Below are positions 11,077-22,768 of a stretch of 48,642 nt of DNA, piece after piece. A program made the position numbers and the translations under genes. Positions within the stretch are counted from its first letter, which is position 1; each line of letters opens with the position of its first letter. Location of the stretch: assembly GCA_018985235.1 (NCBI GenBank), contig JADGIG010000016.1, positions 1 through 48,642 on the forward strand, in the 5' to 3' direction. Below the pieces are notes generated by a model. That model made no database searches. It was not told the origin of the DNA and saw nothing but the letters and a program-made list of their open reading frames with translations. This stretch comes from Sanchytrium tribonematis (taxonomy: Eukaryota).

Positions 11077-11631
11077 TTATTTTTTATTAATATTGATGGT
11101 TTTATCATCCTTGTCTTCTTCCTCATTCTGATTTTGGCGAAGCTTTTCATGTAAAGATTTCCATTGCAAGTATTGATCAACATTTTGAATTTTTTCACCA
11201 TAAAAATCTGTCATCAAGGGCGATTGTTTTGTACTAAAGGATATGGAATTGTCAGGTGATGGATTAGAACGATACTTGGAAATGCTTGCATAAAAATCCT
11301 TATCCATTTCTGTTAAAAAAATTCCTTCGTCCTTTTTGATTCTCAACCACAGGGCTTCACCCAGAGAAGGCATTACCAAAGCAGTCGCAAAAGAGGACAT
11401 AAGCACTCCTGCTGACATAACAATCATAGGATCCAATCCCAGTATAAGTTCACTGGGTTTAAACACTAAATTACCAACATATTGTGCACTTGTGAAAAAT
11501 CCTATTGGTAAACCTAATCCAGTAAATAGTCTTCTTCTTAATTTTCGTTGTTCTTTAAGCAGAAAATACCGGCTCCAAACCTCATTCTGAGCAGGTTCTT
11601 TACATCTGTAAATTTTTGTCAGAAACGACAT
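11077..11631 (-). CDS. PAM17: Mitochondrial presequence translocase-associated motor subunit Pam17
   Basis: WSRYFLLK...RRR, ILGLDP, two TMs, MDKDFY..I.KYR, DFYGEKI..V..Y.QW; start taken at ATG 11631. Confidence 0.85.
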   Translation of the reverse strand: MSFLTKIYRCKEPAQNEVWSRYFLLKEQRKLRRRLFTGLGLPIGFFTSAQYVGNLVFKPSELILGLDPMIVMSAGVLMSSFATALVMPSLGEALWLRIKKDEGIFLTEMDKDFYASISKYRSNPSPDNSISFSTKQSPLMTDFYGEKIQNVDQYLQWKSLHEKLRQNQNEEEDKDDKTININKK

Positions 11632-11651
11632 CACAAGGAGATTGTACAAAA

Positions 11652-13619
11652 ATGATATTACTAATCGATCATTTCGATTCCTACACATATAACATTATTG
11701 GACTTTGTCATTTGCTCAATGTTGAGACCAAAGTGACTCAATGCGTAAAAATTTCGCAGCATAATTTGGACTTCAAAATTTTTGACGGTGTGATAATATC
11801 TCCTGGGTATGGCCATCCAAATAGCTGTCAATGCAGGTTCATCTTGGAATTAGGCATTCCTATTCTGGGTATTTGTTTGGGATTTCAACTAATATGCATG
11901 CATTTTGGCTTGGAAATTGTCACATTCCAGGATTGCAAGCATGGCACCATAGCACCAATTTCGTTAAATGATCATGGTGAAAAAAGTCGCATTTACAAAG
12001 ATATACCCAAAAAATTTAATTCTGTTGTATACAATTCCTTACATGCTGTCGGATATTCAGATAATATGCGCCCACTTGCTTTCAGTAATGATATTTTGAT
12101 GGCAGTAGAAGTCAAAAGGAAAGAAATATTTGGGGTTCAATATCATCCTGAGTCTATACTGTCAGAGTTTGGGATTCAATTATTTAAGAACTTCTTTAGT
12201 ATCTGTCGAATTCATGTAAAAGAAAGTTTAACAAAACTAAAAACTATCCAGAATTTTGAACTGAAAAGCTTAGGTCTATATAAAATTCGACACAATAACA
12301 AAATTGAAGACTTGGCTTTTTCTCTATTCGAGTCCGATTACTCAAACGACTTGGGTTTGTTTATTAGTCCATGGGACCAAAAGTCATACTTTCTGGCAAA
12401 ATTATCTAATTGCATTTTGTTCAGTTACAATTATGGTAATTTGACCATAAAGTTTGAAAGAAAATTGTTCAACTCGCACTCTAGCATTCTTAATTTGATG
12501 TGTAGAGGTACTTCCGCAAAACAAATTGATGAAGAAGTTACAATTAAGGTTCAAAATATTGATTTGTTTAGATTTATATCAAATTTGACTGAAGTAATGC
12601 CTATATACTCTAAATTGATCTTGCTGATAGATTACGAGATCAAAGAATTTTGCTTAGAAAATTACACTTCAAATGAACATGGGAATTGTACATTATTTTT
12701 AGCAATGGAATATCAAATTGTTGATAATCAGCATATGTATAGCACTCAGAATTTCCAACAAATGCCTCAAATCATTGATTTTTCCTGCAACAACAATCAT
12801 GGGATCACTTTTGAAAGCATGTCAAAAGCAGAGTATATCAAAAAAGTTGAACTGTGTCAAAATTTTATAAGACAAGGTGAATCTTACGAATTGAACTTCA
12901 CAGTTCCATGTACTTCAAAATTTAACAAGTCGGACAACACTGAACTTTTTAGAGTTTTCAAATGTATGTATTTGAGAAACCCAGCTCCTTATTCTGTCTT
13001 TTTTAATTTGGAAACCACCTGTGTCTTCTGTTTATCACCCGAAAAATTTATTGATATTGTGGAAGACACCGTGACAATGAAACCCATCAAAGGTACTATG
13101 GCAAGGTCCGGAAATAATGACGCGCAAGAAATTTCAAATTTAAAGAATTCTAGCAAGGATGTTTCGGAGAATTTAATGATTGTTGACCTAATTCGGAATG
13201 ACCTAACCAAAATTTGTATTCCCAACTCGGTTTATTGCCCGAAGTTGATGGAAATTGAATCATTTAGTAGCGTTCATCAAATGGTTTCCACAGTTTGTGG
13301 CATTCAGCAAACTACAATCGGAGAAATATTGAAGCATGTGTTTCCACCTGGGTCTATGACAGGATCACCTAAAAAACGAACCGTTGAAATCCTTGACAAA
13401 CTCGAATCTAGTAGAGGCTTGTATTCCGGTACGATTGGAATTATGCAACCAGAAAATTGCAGTTTTAATGTGGTCATTCGCACAGCGATCTTGGATAAAA
13501 AGAAGAGTACTCTAACAGTCGGAGCAGGGGGAGCTATAACCATACAGTCTGATCCGGAAATGGAGTATTTAGAAATGCTTTTAAAAGCCAAGTCAGTTTT
13601 TGATACAATTTGTAACTAG
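11652..13619 (+). CDS. ABZ1: Aminodeoxychorismate (PABA) synthase, fused PabA-PabB
   Basis: LLIDHFDSYTYN, GICLGFQ and QYHPES glutaminase triad; PIKGT, ENLMIVDLIRND and PPGSMTGSPK chorismate-binding motifs. Confidence 0.93.
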   Translation: MILLIDHFDSYTYNIIGLCHLLNVETKVTQCVKISQHNLDFKIFDGVIISPGYGHPNSCQCRFILELGIPILGICLGFQLICMHFGLEIVTFQDCKHGTIAPISLNDHGEKSRIYKDIPKKFNSVVYNSLHAVGYSDNMRPLAFSNDILMAVEVKRKEIFGVQYHPESILSEFGIQLFKNFFSICRIHVKESLTKLKTIQNFELKSLGLYKIRHNNKIEDLAFSLFESDYSNDLGLFISPWDQKSYFLAKLSNCILFSYNYGNLTIKFERKLFNSHSSILNLMCRGTSAKQIDEEVTIKVQNIDLFRFISNLTEVMPIYSKLILLIDYEIKEFCLENYTSNEHGNCTLFLAMEYQIVDNQHMYSTQNFQQMPQIIDFSCNNNHGITFESMSKAEYIKKVELCQNFIRQGESYELNFTVPCTSKFNKSDNTELFRVFKCMYLRNPAPYSVFFNLETTCVFCLSPEKFIDIVEDTVTMKPIKGTMARSGNNDAQEISNLKNSSKDVSENLMIVDLIRNDLTKICIPNSVYCPKLMEIESFSSVHQMVSTVCGIQQTTIGEILKHVFPPGSMTGSPKKRTVEILDKLESSRGLYSGTIGIMQPENCSFNVVIRTAILDKKKSTLTVGAGGAITIQSDPEMEYLEMLLKAKSVFDTICN

Positions 13620-13634
13620 ACTTCGTTTTGAAAC

Positions 13635-14270
13635 ATGGAGACTTTTATCAATCACCCAAACTGCAAAAATGTGGATGTCCTTTATCAATTTTTAAAGCAA
13701 TATTTAAATGCCGATTCAAAAGATGAATTTGACTACTATGGCAATTCCGGAAAAATAGTGAGGTGGAAAAATGATGTGTTGCTTCTAATTGGGCAACCTG
13801 TCAAAACAATCAATGTCAGCTCATCTACTTTATCAGCTATTACTGAAAAAGCCAATTCTTTGGAAAAATCAAGCCTGGACAATTTATTGAGGAGTAATCG
13901 TGATATTTTTGAAAATATTACGAAATCAATCAATTTGGAATCAATTGTTCTATCGAGGAATGGAGACGAGACTCTCAAAGACTTTCCTAAATCCTCTTTA
14001 GGGTTTAATGATTCTGATCCGCTATTTATCAATAAGCACCCTCTTGAGGATGGAGGCATGATTATGGGCCCGAATCATTCAATTTTTCAAAGTGATAGAG
14101 CTAGAGAAATACCTGAAGGTTATTTGTCCCCTTTATCAGTTCCTCCAGGTGCAAAATTTGATCCAATTTTCCCGAATGACAGTTCGTTAGGCCGAAATTT
14201 TAAAAGATCTGGAGAACCTAACTCCGATCACTTCAAACCGCCAAATAACCTCGGTAATTTCGACATTTGA
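13635..14270 (+). CDS. Proteasome regulator PI31 (PSMF1/Fub1-like)
   Basis: GGMIMGPNHSIF, VPPGAKFDPIFP and GEPNSDHFKPP C-terminal motifs. Confidence 0.85.
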   Translation: METFINHPNCKNVDVLYQFLKQYLNADSKDEFDYYGNSGKIVRWKNDVLLLIGQPVKTINVSSSTLSAITEKANSLEKSSLDNLLRSNRDIFENITKSINLESIVLSRNGDETLKDFPKSSLGFNDSDPLFINKHPLEDGGMIMGPNHSIFQSDRAREIPEGYLSPLSVPPGAKFDPIFPNDSSLGRNFKRSGEPNSDHFKPPNNLGNFDI

Positions 14271-14294
14271 GTTTTTTTATTTATGATTAATAAA

Positions 14295-14882
14295 CTAGTA
14301 TAACAATCCTTTGGTAGAAGGCATATCATTATGAATGATTGTGACTGCAGCCCTTAAGGCAAGCCCAAAAGCTTTAAAAGTTGATTCTGCCATATGGTGA
14401 TGGTTGCTTCCTTTTAGTTGGTCAACATGAATTGTGATTTGAGCAGCATTTGCAAAACTGTTGAAAAAATGAGGAATCATTTCTGTACTTAAATCACCCA
14501 CTTTTTCATTAGTCATAAGCAAAGAAACATGACTGGAGGCTCTTCCGCTAAGATCCAGAACTACCCGACTCAAGCTTTCGTCTAACGGACAGGTTGCGCT
14601 TCCGAAACGTTGAATGCCTTTCCCATCTCCTAAGGCATCCTTAAATACCTTACCAAGACTAATGGCGACGTCTTCTACAGTATGGTGATCATCTATTTGA
14701 ATATCGCCACGGCACAATACAAAAAAGAAGAATCTACCGTGTTTTCGGGTTTGATCGAGCATGTGATCAAAAAAATGCACACCAGTTGATATTTGAGATT
14801 CTTTGCTACTGTCATCCAAATCTAGTGCCACTTCAATACTAGTTTCTTTCGTATCTCTTTTAAGAGTTGCATTTCGTGTCAT
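14295..14882 (-). CDS. HIS3: Imidazoleglycerol-phosphate dehydratase
   Basis: R.TKET.I, FFDHML, IDDHHTVED, NHHHMAES and PSTKG motifs. Confidence 0.97.
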   Translation of the reverse strand: MTRNATLKRDTKETSIEVALDLDDSSKESQISTGVHFFDHMLDQTRKHGRFFFFVLCRGDIQIDDHHTVEDVAISLGKVFKDALGDGKGIQRFGSATCPLDESLSRVVLDLSGRASSHVSLLMTNEKVGDLSTEMIPHFFNSFANAAQITIHVDQLKGSNHHHMAESTFKAFGLALRAAVTIIHNDMPSTKGLLY

Positions 14883-14968
14883 TTTTAGGGAGTAATAATG
14901 AGACAATTTTTAATTGGCGCACAACACGTGTAATTTTGTTGATTTCTGAGAAGTTTCAAATTATATAA

Positions 14969-15433
<465 letters not shown>

Positions 15434-15467
15434 ACAAAACTTGATTCTTTATTACTTTATTGGGTAT

Positions 15468-16395
15468 CTATATGTGAGACTCATAAATTGTGATTATTCC
15501 AAAAAATATAAACACTAAGCCTCCAACTATTGAAACTAAATTAGTTTTGATTACTAGTTTTAGCTGATATTCTTTGCGCTACAGCATTTCCAAAGGCAAT
15601 AGCAAGTATTGTACAGAGAGCGTGTCCCAAAATAGAGCCTAACACAACAGGGAATAACCCACCACTTGCGCCAAGGGCAATAGTTGATAGCTGGCTTCGG
15701 TCGCCCCACTCTGCTAGAAAAATCATGGTAAATGATTGTATCAATATTGGCGGAATACCACATATTATCAAAAATTTTGATCTTCCAGAAGGATGTAGTT
15801 TACTCTCACCAGAATCCAAGTTATCTTCGTCGAGTTCTTCTTTTGCTTCCTCGTATTCTGCTTTGATCTTATCTGAGCCCCTCTCGTTAATCATCAAGAT
15901 ACCAAATATTATCAATACGACACCGGCTATTATTGCAACAATCTGAGTATGAATTAAGTTGGGAACTAAATGACCCAAAAAGGCAGAAATCAATGTCATT
16001 AATGTCATAGCCAACATATTCGCTGTAACTATAATCCACTTCGGATGCCTCATACCCAAAATTGCACACAAAAAGAAAGTCTTGTCTCCAATCTCACTCA
16101 AAAAAACACTTCCTAGCGATATCCATACGAATTTCATATTATAAAAATTGGGAAGAGATTGTATTTCTTCTGCTGCTTCCTCCAAGATTTCATTATTTTC
16201 TTTTAGAGAATCTTGCTTATTTGCAATATCAAAATTTTTGATTATAATTGCGAGGAGTTTCTTTTGCTCTTGATCCAACTTTATATAAAATTCTTCTAAG
16301 TCTTTCCTTGTCCAGCTGGGTATACCAATTTTCTTACTCTCGGTGCCTGATAAACTTGTAAGAAGTATAAAATGGAAAAAAATATTCAGTTTCAT
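15468..16395 (-). CDS. GDT1: GDT1/TMEM165 (UPF0016) Ca2+/Mn2+ transporter; exons 16395-15555 and 15535-15468
   Basis: Two E-x-G-D-(K/R) motifs (SEIGDKT, AEWGDRSQ); splicing adds the missing last TM ISIVGGLVFIFFGII. Confidence 0.93.
15536..15554 (-). other. 19-nt spliceosomal intron (GDT1)
   Basis: GTAATCAAAACTAATTTAG on the minus strand. Confidence 0.9.
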
Positions 16396-16469
16396 ACATC
16401 TCCAAAAGGCTTGAAAAGCTATATAGATTGGTTTATTACGAAGAAAGAATATTTAATTGTTCAATTATA

Positions 16470-17723
16470 CTACCAGTGTCGAAAATACGCTTGTCCCACT
16501 GTTTCGATACGTCGAATTTTTTGCACAATTTTAGATTTAATTTGTTGTGATGTTTGCTTAATCATTTCTTTGAAACTATGATTTGATTTGCGTTCATCAT
16601 CTGATTCTACAAAATCACTCCAAACCATTATATTAGGTTTTTTTATCAAGTCATTTGGAGATTGATGGTCATTTCTTAAACATGCAAAGAGATTCCACAA
16701 CTGACCTCTCAAAAGTGCCATTTGCTCATCGAAAATATCATCATCAAACTCTGAGTCAATGGAGAATAAATGATGGAGACTGTCTTTGGTGTCCCTCCAC
16801 CATACATCTTTTTCCAGAATTGATAAGACATGAGATTTTATATCAGGCAAAAAAGGTATATTGGCAATCGGTAGATACGCCCAGCCATAAGGGTAACTGC
16901 GAATGAAATCAGGATGTTTATAAGGAAATGCGAGTCCGTTATCGATTGCTGCTAAAAAAACGCTATTTGATTCCAATTTGAGTAGCCAATTATCGAACCC
17001 TCTATCGGTATTTCTTATAACATAGTCCAGTATGACCATTTTTTGAAACTGAATTAAAAAGGATTCTAGCATCTCTTTTGACCAGATATCATTAATGGGT
17101 AAAGGTTCATCAGAATCACTTTCATCAGGCTCAAGGATGGTCATTTCGAGCCTGTTGGTTATAACCGAAAGGTCTGGAAGGGGATACTGTCTTAAAAAAA
17201 TATTGGCGCTTTGAAATCCTTCAACAAAGTATTGCATAGACCCAACTTTAGGCTCAAGATGATAGTCCCACTCATTATTATTAGTTCTGGAAGGGTCAGG
17301 GAGAATTTTGTAATGAAATGAAGGTGATGCGAATTGCATCACTAATGTGGTAGGAACTATATTTAATCCCAAACGCGAATCTAATAAACTAGCTCCCGCT
17401 TCACTCAAGTATCCAATATTAAGTATCAAACCTTCTCTGCCAAAGCAACACCATAAAAATGTTCTGTGTAGGAACTTAAGCCATTTTGGATTGTTGGTGC
17501 TATAAGGCTCCTCATCTTTTGGCTTGAATATCCCCAACATTTTGTGTTCCACGTTTCTGCAAAAGTAACTACCACTTGACCCTTGACTGACTAATATAGG
17601 ATATATTCCATTTCTTATGGCATGATTGGTCTCTTCTTGATATTGTAATAAAATTTCCTGATTTCCATACATGTTTCGAAAAATAAACTTTTTATTAAAT
17701 TCAGTCCTCACCGAGACTGTCAT
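16470..17723 (-). CDS. LSB6: Type II phosphatidylinositol 4-kinase (alternative start 17672)
   Basis: QGSSGSYF, FKPKDEEPY, GYLSEAGA, LDYVIRNTDRG and AAIDNGLAFP motifs. Confidence 0.95.
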   Translation of the reverse strand: MTVSVRTEFNKKFIFRNMYGNQEILLQYQEETNHAIRNGIYPILVSQGSSGSYFCRNVEHKMLGIFKPKDEEPYSTNNPKWLKFLHRTFLWCCFGREGLILNIGYLSEAGASLLDSRLGLNIVPTTLVMQFASPSFHYKILPDPSRTNNNEWDYHLEPKVGSMQYFVEGFQSANIFLRQYPLPDLSVITNRLEMTILEPDESDSDEPLPINDIWSKEMLESFLIQFQKMVILDYVIRNTDRGFDNWLLKLESNSVFLAAIDNGLAFPYKHPDFIRSYPYGWAYLPIANIPFLPDIKSHVLSILEKDVWWRDTKDSLHHLFSIDSEFDDDIFDEQMALLRGQLWNLFACLRNDHQSPNDLIKKPNIMVWSDFVESDDERKSNHSFKEMIKQTSQQIKSKIVQKIRRIETVGQAYFRHW

Positions 17724-18111
17724 CGTCTTCTGGCAAAATAGTTTTAATAAACTCTTGGAGTTCCAAAATACGGTGTCGCACTGCTTCCAACATTTCTACG
17801 CTGGGCTCCGAAGGTGGTGAGTGTATGTTGATAATTTCACCATTTTCCAGTTGAATAGTTGGTTGTAAAATGTGGTCTGGTATATCTACGCATTTGACCT
17901 TAGATAATTCTTTTTCCAGTGCAAGTCTACGATATTTTGCTCGACGGTTATTAAACCAAATCCTAATTTTGTCACGATGAACATCATATTTTTCACTTAG
18001 CTGAGAGATTAAATCACTTTCCGGTGTACCATTTGTTGATTGAAAAACTTTTTCTAACTGACGAATGACCTCATCCGGTAATTTATTTCGCTTCTTACGG
18101 GAATCCAACAT
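17701..18111 (-). CDS. Homeodomain transcription factor
   Basis: RKKRNKL...QLEKVF...IRIWFNNRRAKYRR helix-3 signature. Confidence 0.92.
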   Translation of the reverse strand: MLDSRKKRNKLPDEVIRQLEKVFQSTNGTPESDLISQLSEKYDVHRDKIRIWFNNRRAKYRRLALEKELSKVKCVDIPDHILQPTIQLENGEIINIHSPPSEPSVEMLEAVRHRILELQEFIKTILPEDDDSLGED

Positions 18112-18251
18112 AAGTTACACGGGGTAACTCTTTTGTGAAAATTGATTGAAGATTAAGCTTTAAGTGAATATAATATTCATCTTAATCGGTGTATTAATAT
18201 CCAAATCAATTAATTCAATTTTTATCGAATAAAAAATTTTAATGGGGGTAG

Positions 18252-19166
18252 ATGCTACATATGGGTAAAAAAATTTTAGCACAACAAATTGCGGAACCTT
18301 ACATGAAAGAAATGTCAACAGCCATCAACCTTATGAAAATCAAGCCGAGATTAGTAGGTATATTGTCAAATAAAGATCCCTCCGCTGCAACTTATGCGAA
18401 ATGGACTAGAAATGCTTGTGAAAAAGTTGGAATTCAATTTAAATTATTGGAAGTCGAGAAGGAGCATATTGAAGAATCTATTCTGGATCTTAATAACGAC
18501 ATTACTGTTAACGGCATAATGATTTATTATCCAGTGTTCAATTCGGGACAGGACCAATATCTTCAATCAACAATTCTACCCATTAAAGATGTAGAAGGAT
18601 TATGCCAAACATTTCGATACAACATGTATAATAATATAAGATTTATGGACAATGAATGCACACAGAAATGTTTACTACCTTGCACACCATTAGCGGTTAT
18701 CAAAATTCTAGAATATCTTAACATTTACAATTCTATTTTAGATACTGGAAATCGCTTACATGGTAAAAAGATAACAGTGATAAATAGAAGCGAGATTGTT
18801 GGACGCCCTTTAGCCGCTTTGTTGGCCAATGATGGTGCAGATGTGTATAGTGTTGATGTGGAAAATATCAAGGAATTCAGCAGAGGAAGTGGTCTCAAAA
18901 ATAAGATCCACTCCACTAAAACTTGTAGTTTGAGTCTCGAAAATTGCTTAGCAGTAAGTGACGTCGTTATTACTGGTGTTCCAACCAAATCTTACAAAAT
19001 TAGTACAGAAAAATTGAAAGATGGAGTTGTTGCTATTAATTTTAGTACTTTCCAAAATTTTGATCAAGACATATTGGACAAATGTAGCATATATATTCCT
19101 TCAGTTGGTAAAGTCACAGTATCAATGCTTCAACGCAATTTAATTCGACTGGCTTCTTATCAATAA
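18252..19166 (+). CDS. MTD1: NAD-dependent methylenetetrahydrofolate dehydrogenase (monofunctional)
   Basis: KDVEGL, LPCTPLAVIKILEYL, GNRLHGK and INRSEIVGRPLAALLANDGA, typical of the Mtd1 type. Confidence 0.93.
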   Translation: MLHMGKKILAQQIAEPYMKEMSTAINLMKIKPRLVGILSNKDPSAATYAKWTRNACEKVGIQFKLLEVEKEHIEESILDLNNDITVNGIMIYYPVFNSGQDQYLQSTILPIKDVEGLCQTFRYNMYNNIRFMDNECTQKCLLPCTPLAVIKILEYLNIYNSILDTGNRLHGKKITVINRSEIVGRPLAALLANDGADVYSVDVENIKEFSRGSGLKNKIHSTKTCSLSLENCLAVSDVVITGVPTKSYKISTEKLKDGVVAINFSTFQNFDQDILDKCSIYIPSVGKVTVSMLQRNLIRLASYQ

Positions 19167-19205
19167 ACTCAAATTTTTTAAAAATCAAACCTAAAACAAA
19201 GTAGA

Positions 19206-20553
19206 ATGAAAACAAATTATTCACTAATCGAGGAGATAGGAAATGGGTCATATGGAACAGTCTACAAGGCCGTTAATAATACAACCGGCGCACTCGTTGC
19301 TTTAAAGCAGGTTAGTATGGAGGATGGAACAATAATGAAAGAAATTGAATTTATGAAATCATGCAACAATGAGTATATCATCGGGTTGGATGATTATTAC
19401 ATTGAGGAAGAAACTTTGTATATTGCCATGGAATTCTGCCCTGCTGGTAGTATTGCTGATGTAATGAAGTATACTGAGTTAACTTTGAACGAGAAACAGA
19501 TTCAGTCTGTTGTAAGAGATGCCTTGTATGGTCTCGATTATCTTCATCAAAGATTAGCTATTCATAGGGACATTAAGGCTGGAAATTTGCTTTTAACAAA
19601 ACAAGGAAGAGTAAAACTGGGCGATTTTGGAGTCTCCGCAAGTTTAAGTGACGCAGTAAGAAAGAGAAACACAGTTATTGGGACGCCATATTGGATGGCT
19701 CCAGAAATAATTCAAGAAATAGGATACAATACATCGGCGGATATTTGGAGTTTAGGCATAACAATTATTGAGATGGCAGATTCTAAACCACCTTTTCATC
19801 ACATTCATCCCATGCGTGCCATTTTCATGATACCAAATAAACCACCGCCTACAGTCCAAGATCCTCCTAAATGGAGTTCGAAATTTAATGATTTTGTCAA
19901 ATGTTGCCTGGAAAAAATTCCGGATGAAAGACCAACGGCTAGACAATTGATAAATCACGATTTTGTAAAAAATGCGCCTGAATCTAATATCCTTTTAGAG
20001 CTAGTGCAGTTGTCACTTGAAATTAAATCTCGACGTAAATTTGAAAAAACTTCAAAAAGTTCCGAAAATATCGAAAAAGAACTAGATCAAGTCCCGCAAG
20101 GAACTATAAGAGGTGGAAACAATTCTGGGACAACAGTAATTCGTTCAGATGATAGCTCAAAATATGGTACTACAGTATATAATACCACAAGGATCGTAGA
20201 TGGCCATGACTCCGGAACAATGGTTCTAAAATTAGATGAAGACGACAAATCGGCAACCATACGCCCAAATAGGTACAATATTATTGCATCAAATTCTAAG
20301 ACAATTAGGCCATCGCAAACGAAAATAGACGTACTTTCAACTTACTAAGACTACCTTAATCCCTACAACTCAAAAAATGATTCCTGATTTGCTTGAAAGT
20401 ATAGAGAAAATGGAAAAAATTGAAATGGAGGAATACCTTCGAGTTGCTGATCGCAATCTAGAAAGAGAGCTGGATCAAATTAAGGATAAATATGCAAAGA
20501 AAAAGGAGCCTTTAATTTCGTCGATCCAAGCAAAGGAGAAAAAATTGGGTTAA
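19206..20553 (+). CDS. STE20-family Hippo/MST1-2-like kinase with C-terminal SARAH domain; exons 19206-20330 and 20350-20553
   Basis: HRDIKAGNLL, KRNTVIGTPYWMAPE and IHPMRAIFMIP; exon 2 encodes EEYLRVADRNLERELDQIKDKYAKKKEPLISSIQAK (SARAH-like). Confidence 0.88.
20331..20349 (+). other. 19-nt spliceosomal intron (MST kinase)
   Basis: GTACTTTCAACTTACTAAG; contains the apparent stop; removal opens a 68-codon SARAH exon. Confidence 0.85.
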
Positions 20554-20650
20554 AGAAAATTCTTTAAACTTTGGCGCGTTGCGAATGAGTAGATCTAGAT
20601 TAATATATTATCTTGTAAATAAATTAAAATGTTTGAAATGTTTTTGTAAC

Positions 20651-22745
20651 ATGGGAGCGCCAAGTTCGCAATGGATTTTGTTGATCCTGACGATGATTTG
20701 GATTTGCGCATTTTCTTCCCGATTATTTTCAGTAGTGCGATTTGAAAGCATTATTCACGAGTTTGATCCTTGGTTCAACTATAGAAGCACAATCAAGCTT
20801 GTACAAGATGGGTTTTATAATTTTCTTAATTGGTTTGATGAGCGAAGTTGGTATCCACTCGGAAGAGTTGTTGGAGGCACAGTGTATCCAGGAATCATGT
20901 TCACCTCTGGTATTTTGCACTATTTGCTGAATTTTATTCTGCATGTTCCAATAGATATTCGTGAAATTTGCGTTTTTCTTGCACCACTTTTTTCTGGTCT
21001 AACTTCTTTGGCGGTTTTTTTACTGACTAAAGAACTCAAAGATACAACAGCAGGCCTTTTAGCAGCAGTCTTTATTGGTATTGCTCCAGGATATATATCT
21101 AGAAGTGTAGCTGGCTCCTATGATAATGAAGCAATTGCTATATTTTTATTGATGTGGACTTTTTATCTTTGGATCAAAAGCATCAAAACTGGAAGCCCAT
21201 TTTTGGCTATGTGCACTAGCTTGTCATATTTTTACATGGTATCTGCCTGGGGCGGGTATGTTTTTATAACTAATATGATCCCGCTGCACGTTTTCATACT
21301 TTTAATCATGGGAAGATTTAGCACCAAACTATATAAAGTTTTCTGCACGTATTACGTTATAGGTTTGATTGCAAGTATGCAAATTCCGTTTGTTGGATTC
21401 ATTCCAGTTATTTCTAATGAACATATGGCACCCCTAGGTGTTTTCGGTTTGATACAACTTCTAGGATTTATAGAATTTTTAAAAAATCATTTAGGAGAGC
21501 GCACTTATAAACATGTATCTCGATTTATTGTTGTTGGTGTATTTTGCGCAGGTGTCTCTGGTTTAATTTTGCTGACATTGAGTGGCAAAATCGCGCCTTG
21601 GACCGGCCGATTTTATTCGCTTTTTGATACTGAATATGCAAAAAAGCATATCCCCATTATAGCTTCTGTATCAGAACACCAGCCGCCGGCATGGGGATCT
21701 TTTTTCTTTGACTTGCATTTTCTCATAGCTCTTTTTCCAGCGGGTCTCTTTTGGATGTTTCGAAATCCAATTAAAAACGAGCATGTTTTTATAATTGTTT
21801 ATTCGATATTTGGTACCTACTTCTCTGCAATAATGATTCGGCTAATGTTAACTCTTACCCCAATTGTTTGTGTTTGTGCAGCAATAGCTCTCAGTGCTTT
21901 GCTTCAAAAGGTAAGAAAACTTCCTACACAATATGCAGATGTAAAATTTATTGCTTATCCAGCAATATTTGTTTTATTATGTCACTTTGTTTTACATTGT
22001 ACTTGGGTCACATCAAATGCATATAGTTCTCCATCAGTTGTACTGGCTTCATATAATCAGAAAGGAGAGCAAGTTATAATTGGTAATCGACACTTATTTA
22101 GATGATTTCAGAGAAGCCTATTATTGGCTTAACCAAAATACTCACGAAGATGATAAAATTGCTGCATGGTGGGATTATGGGTATCAAATCACTGGATTTT
22201 CAAATCGAACTGTTCTTGTAGACAACAACACTTGGAATAATTCCCATATCGCGACCGTTGGCAGAGCCATGGCCAGTTCAGAATCAGATTCATACCCAAT
22301 TTTACATAAGCACGATGTTGAATACTTATTGGTAATTTTTGGGGGATTGATCGGATATTCAGGTGACGATATTAATAAGTTTTTGTGGATGATACGAATT
22401 GGCGAAGGAGTATACCCAGAGCATATTCACGAAAGAGATTTTTTTACTCGCCGTGGTGAATATAGAATAGACGATGATGCCACAAAAACTATGAAAAAGT
22501 CTATAATGTTCAAAATGTCTTACTACAGATATAACGATATTATGGGTGGAAAAGGAATGGACTATGTAAGAAGAACGCCTACCGTCAGTAAGCCCATTAG
22601 ATTGTCTACTATTGAAGAAGCTTTTACCAGTGAAAATTGGATAGTTCGAATTTACAAAGTCAAAAAGCCCGACTTTTTAGGCAGAAAATTACAAGAGGCG
22701 CAAGCTTTTGACGTCGGACGAAGAAGAACAAATACGAAGAAATAA
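20651..22745 (+). CDS. STT3: Oligosaccharyltransferase catalytic subunit STT3; exons 20651-22082 and 22102-22745
   Basis: [27 protein letters not shown] and DINKFLWM motifs; splicing restores [12 protein letters not shown]. Confidence 0.97.
22083..22101 (+). other. 19-nt spliceosomal intron (STT3)
   Basis: GTAATCGACACTTATTTAG. Confidence 0.93.
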
Positions 22746-22768
22746 ACTAAGTCCCTTGAAACTTTTTC

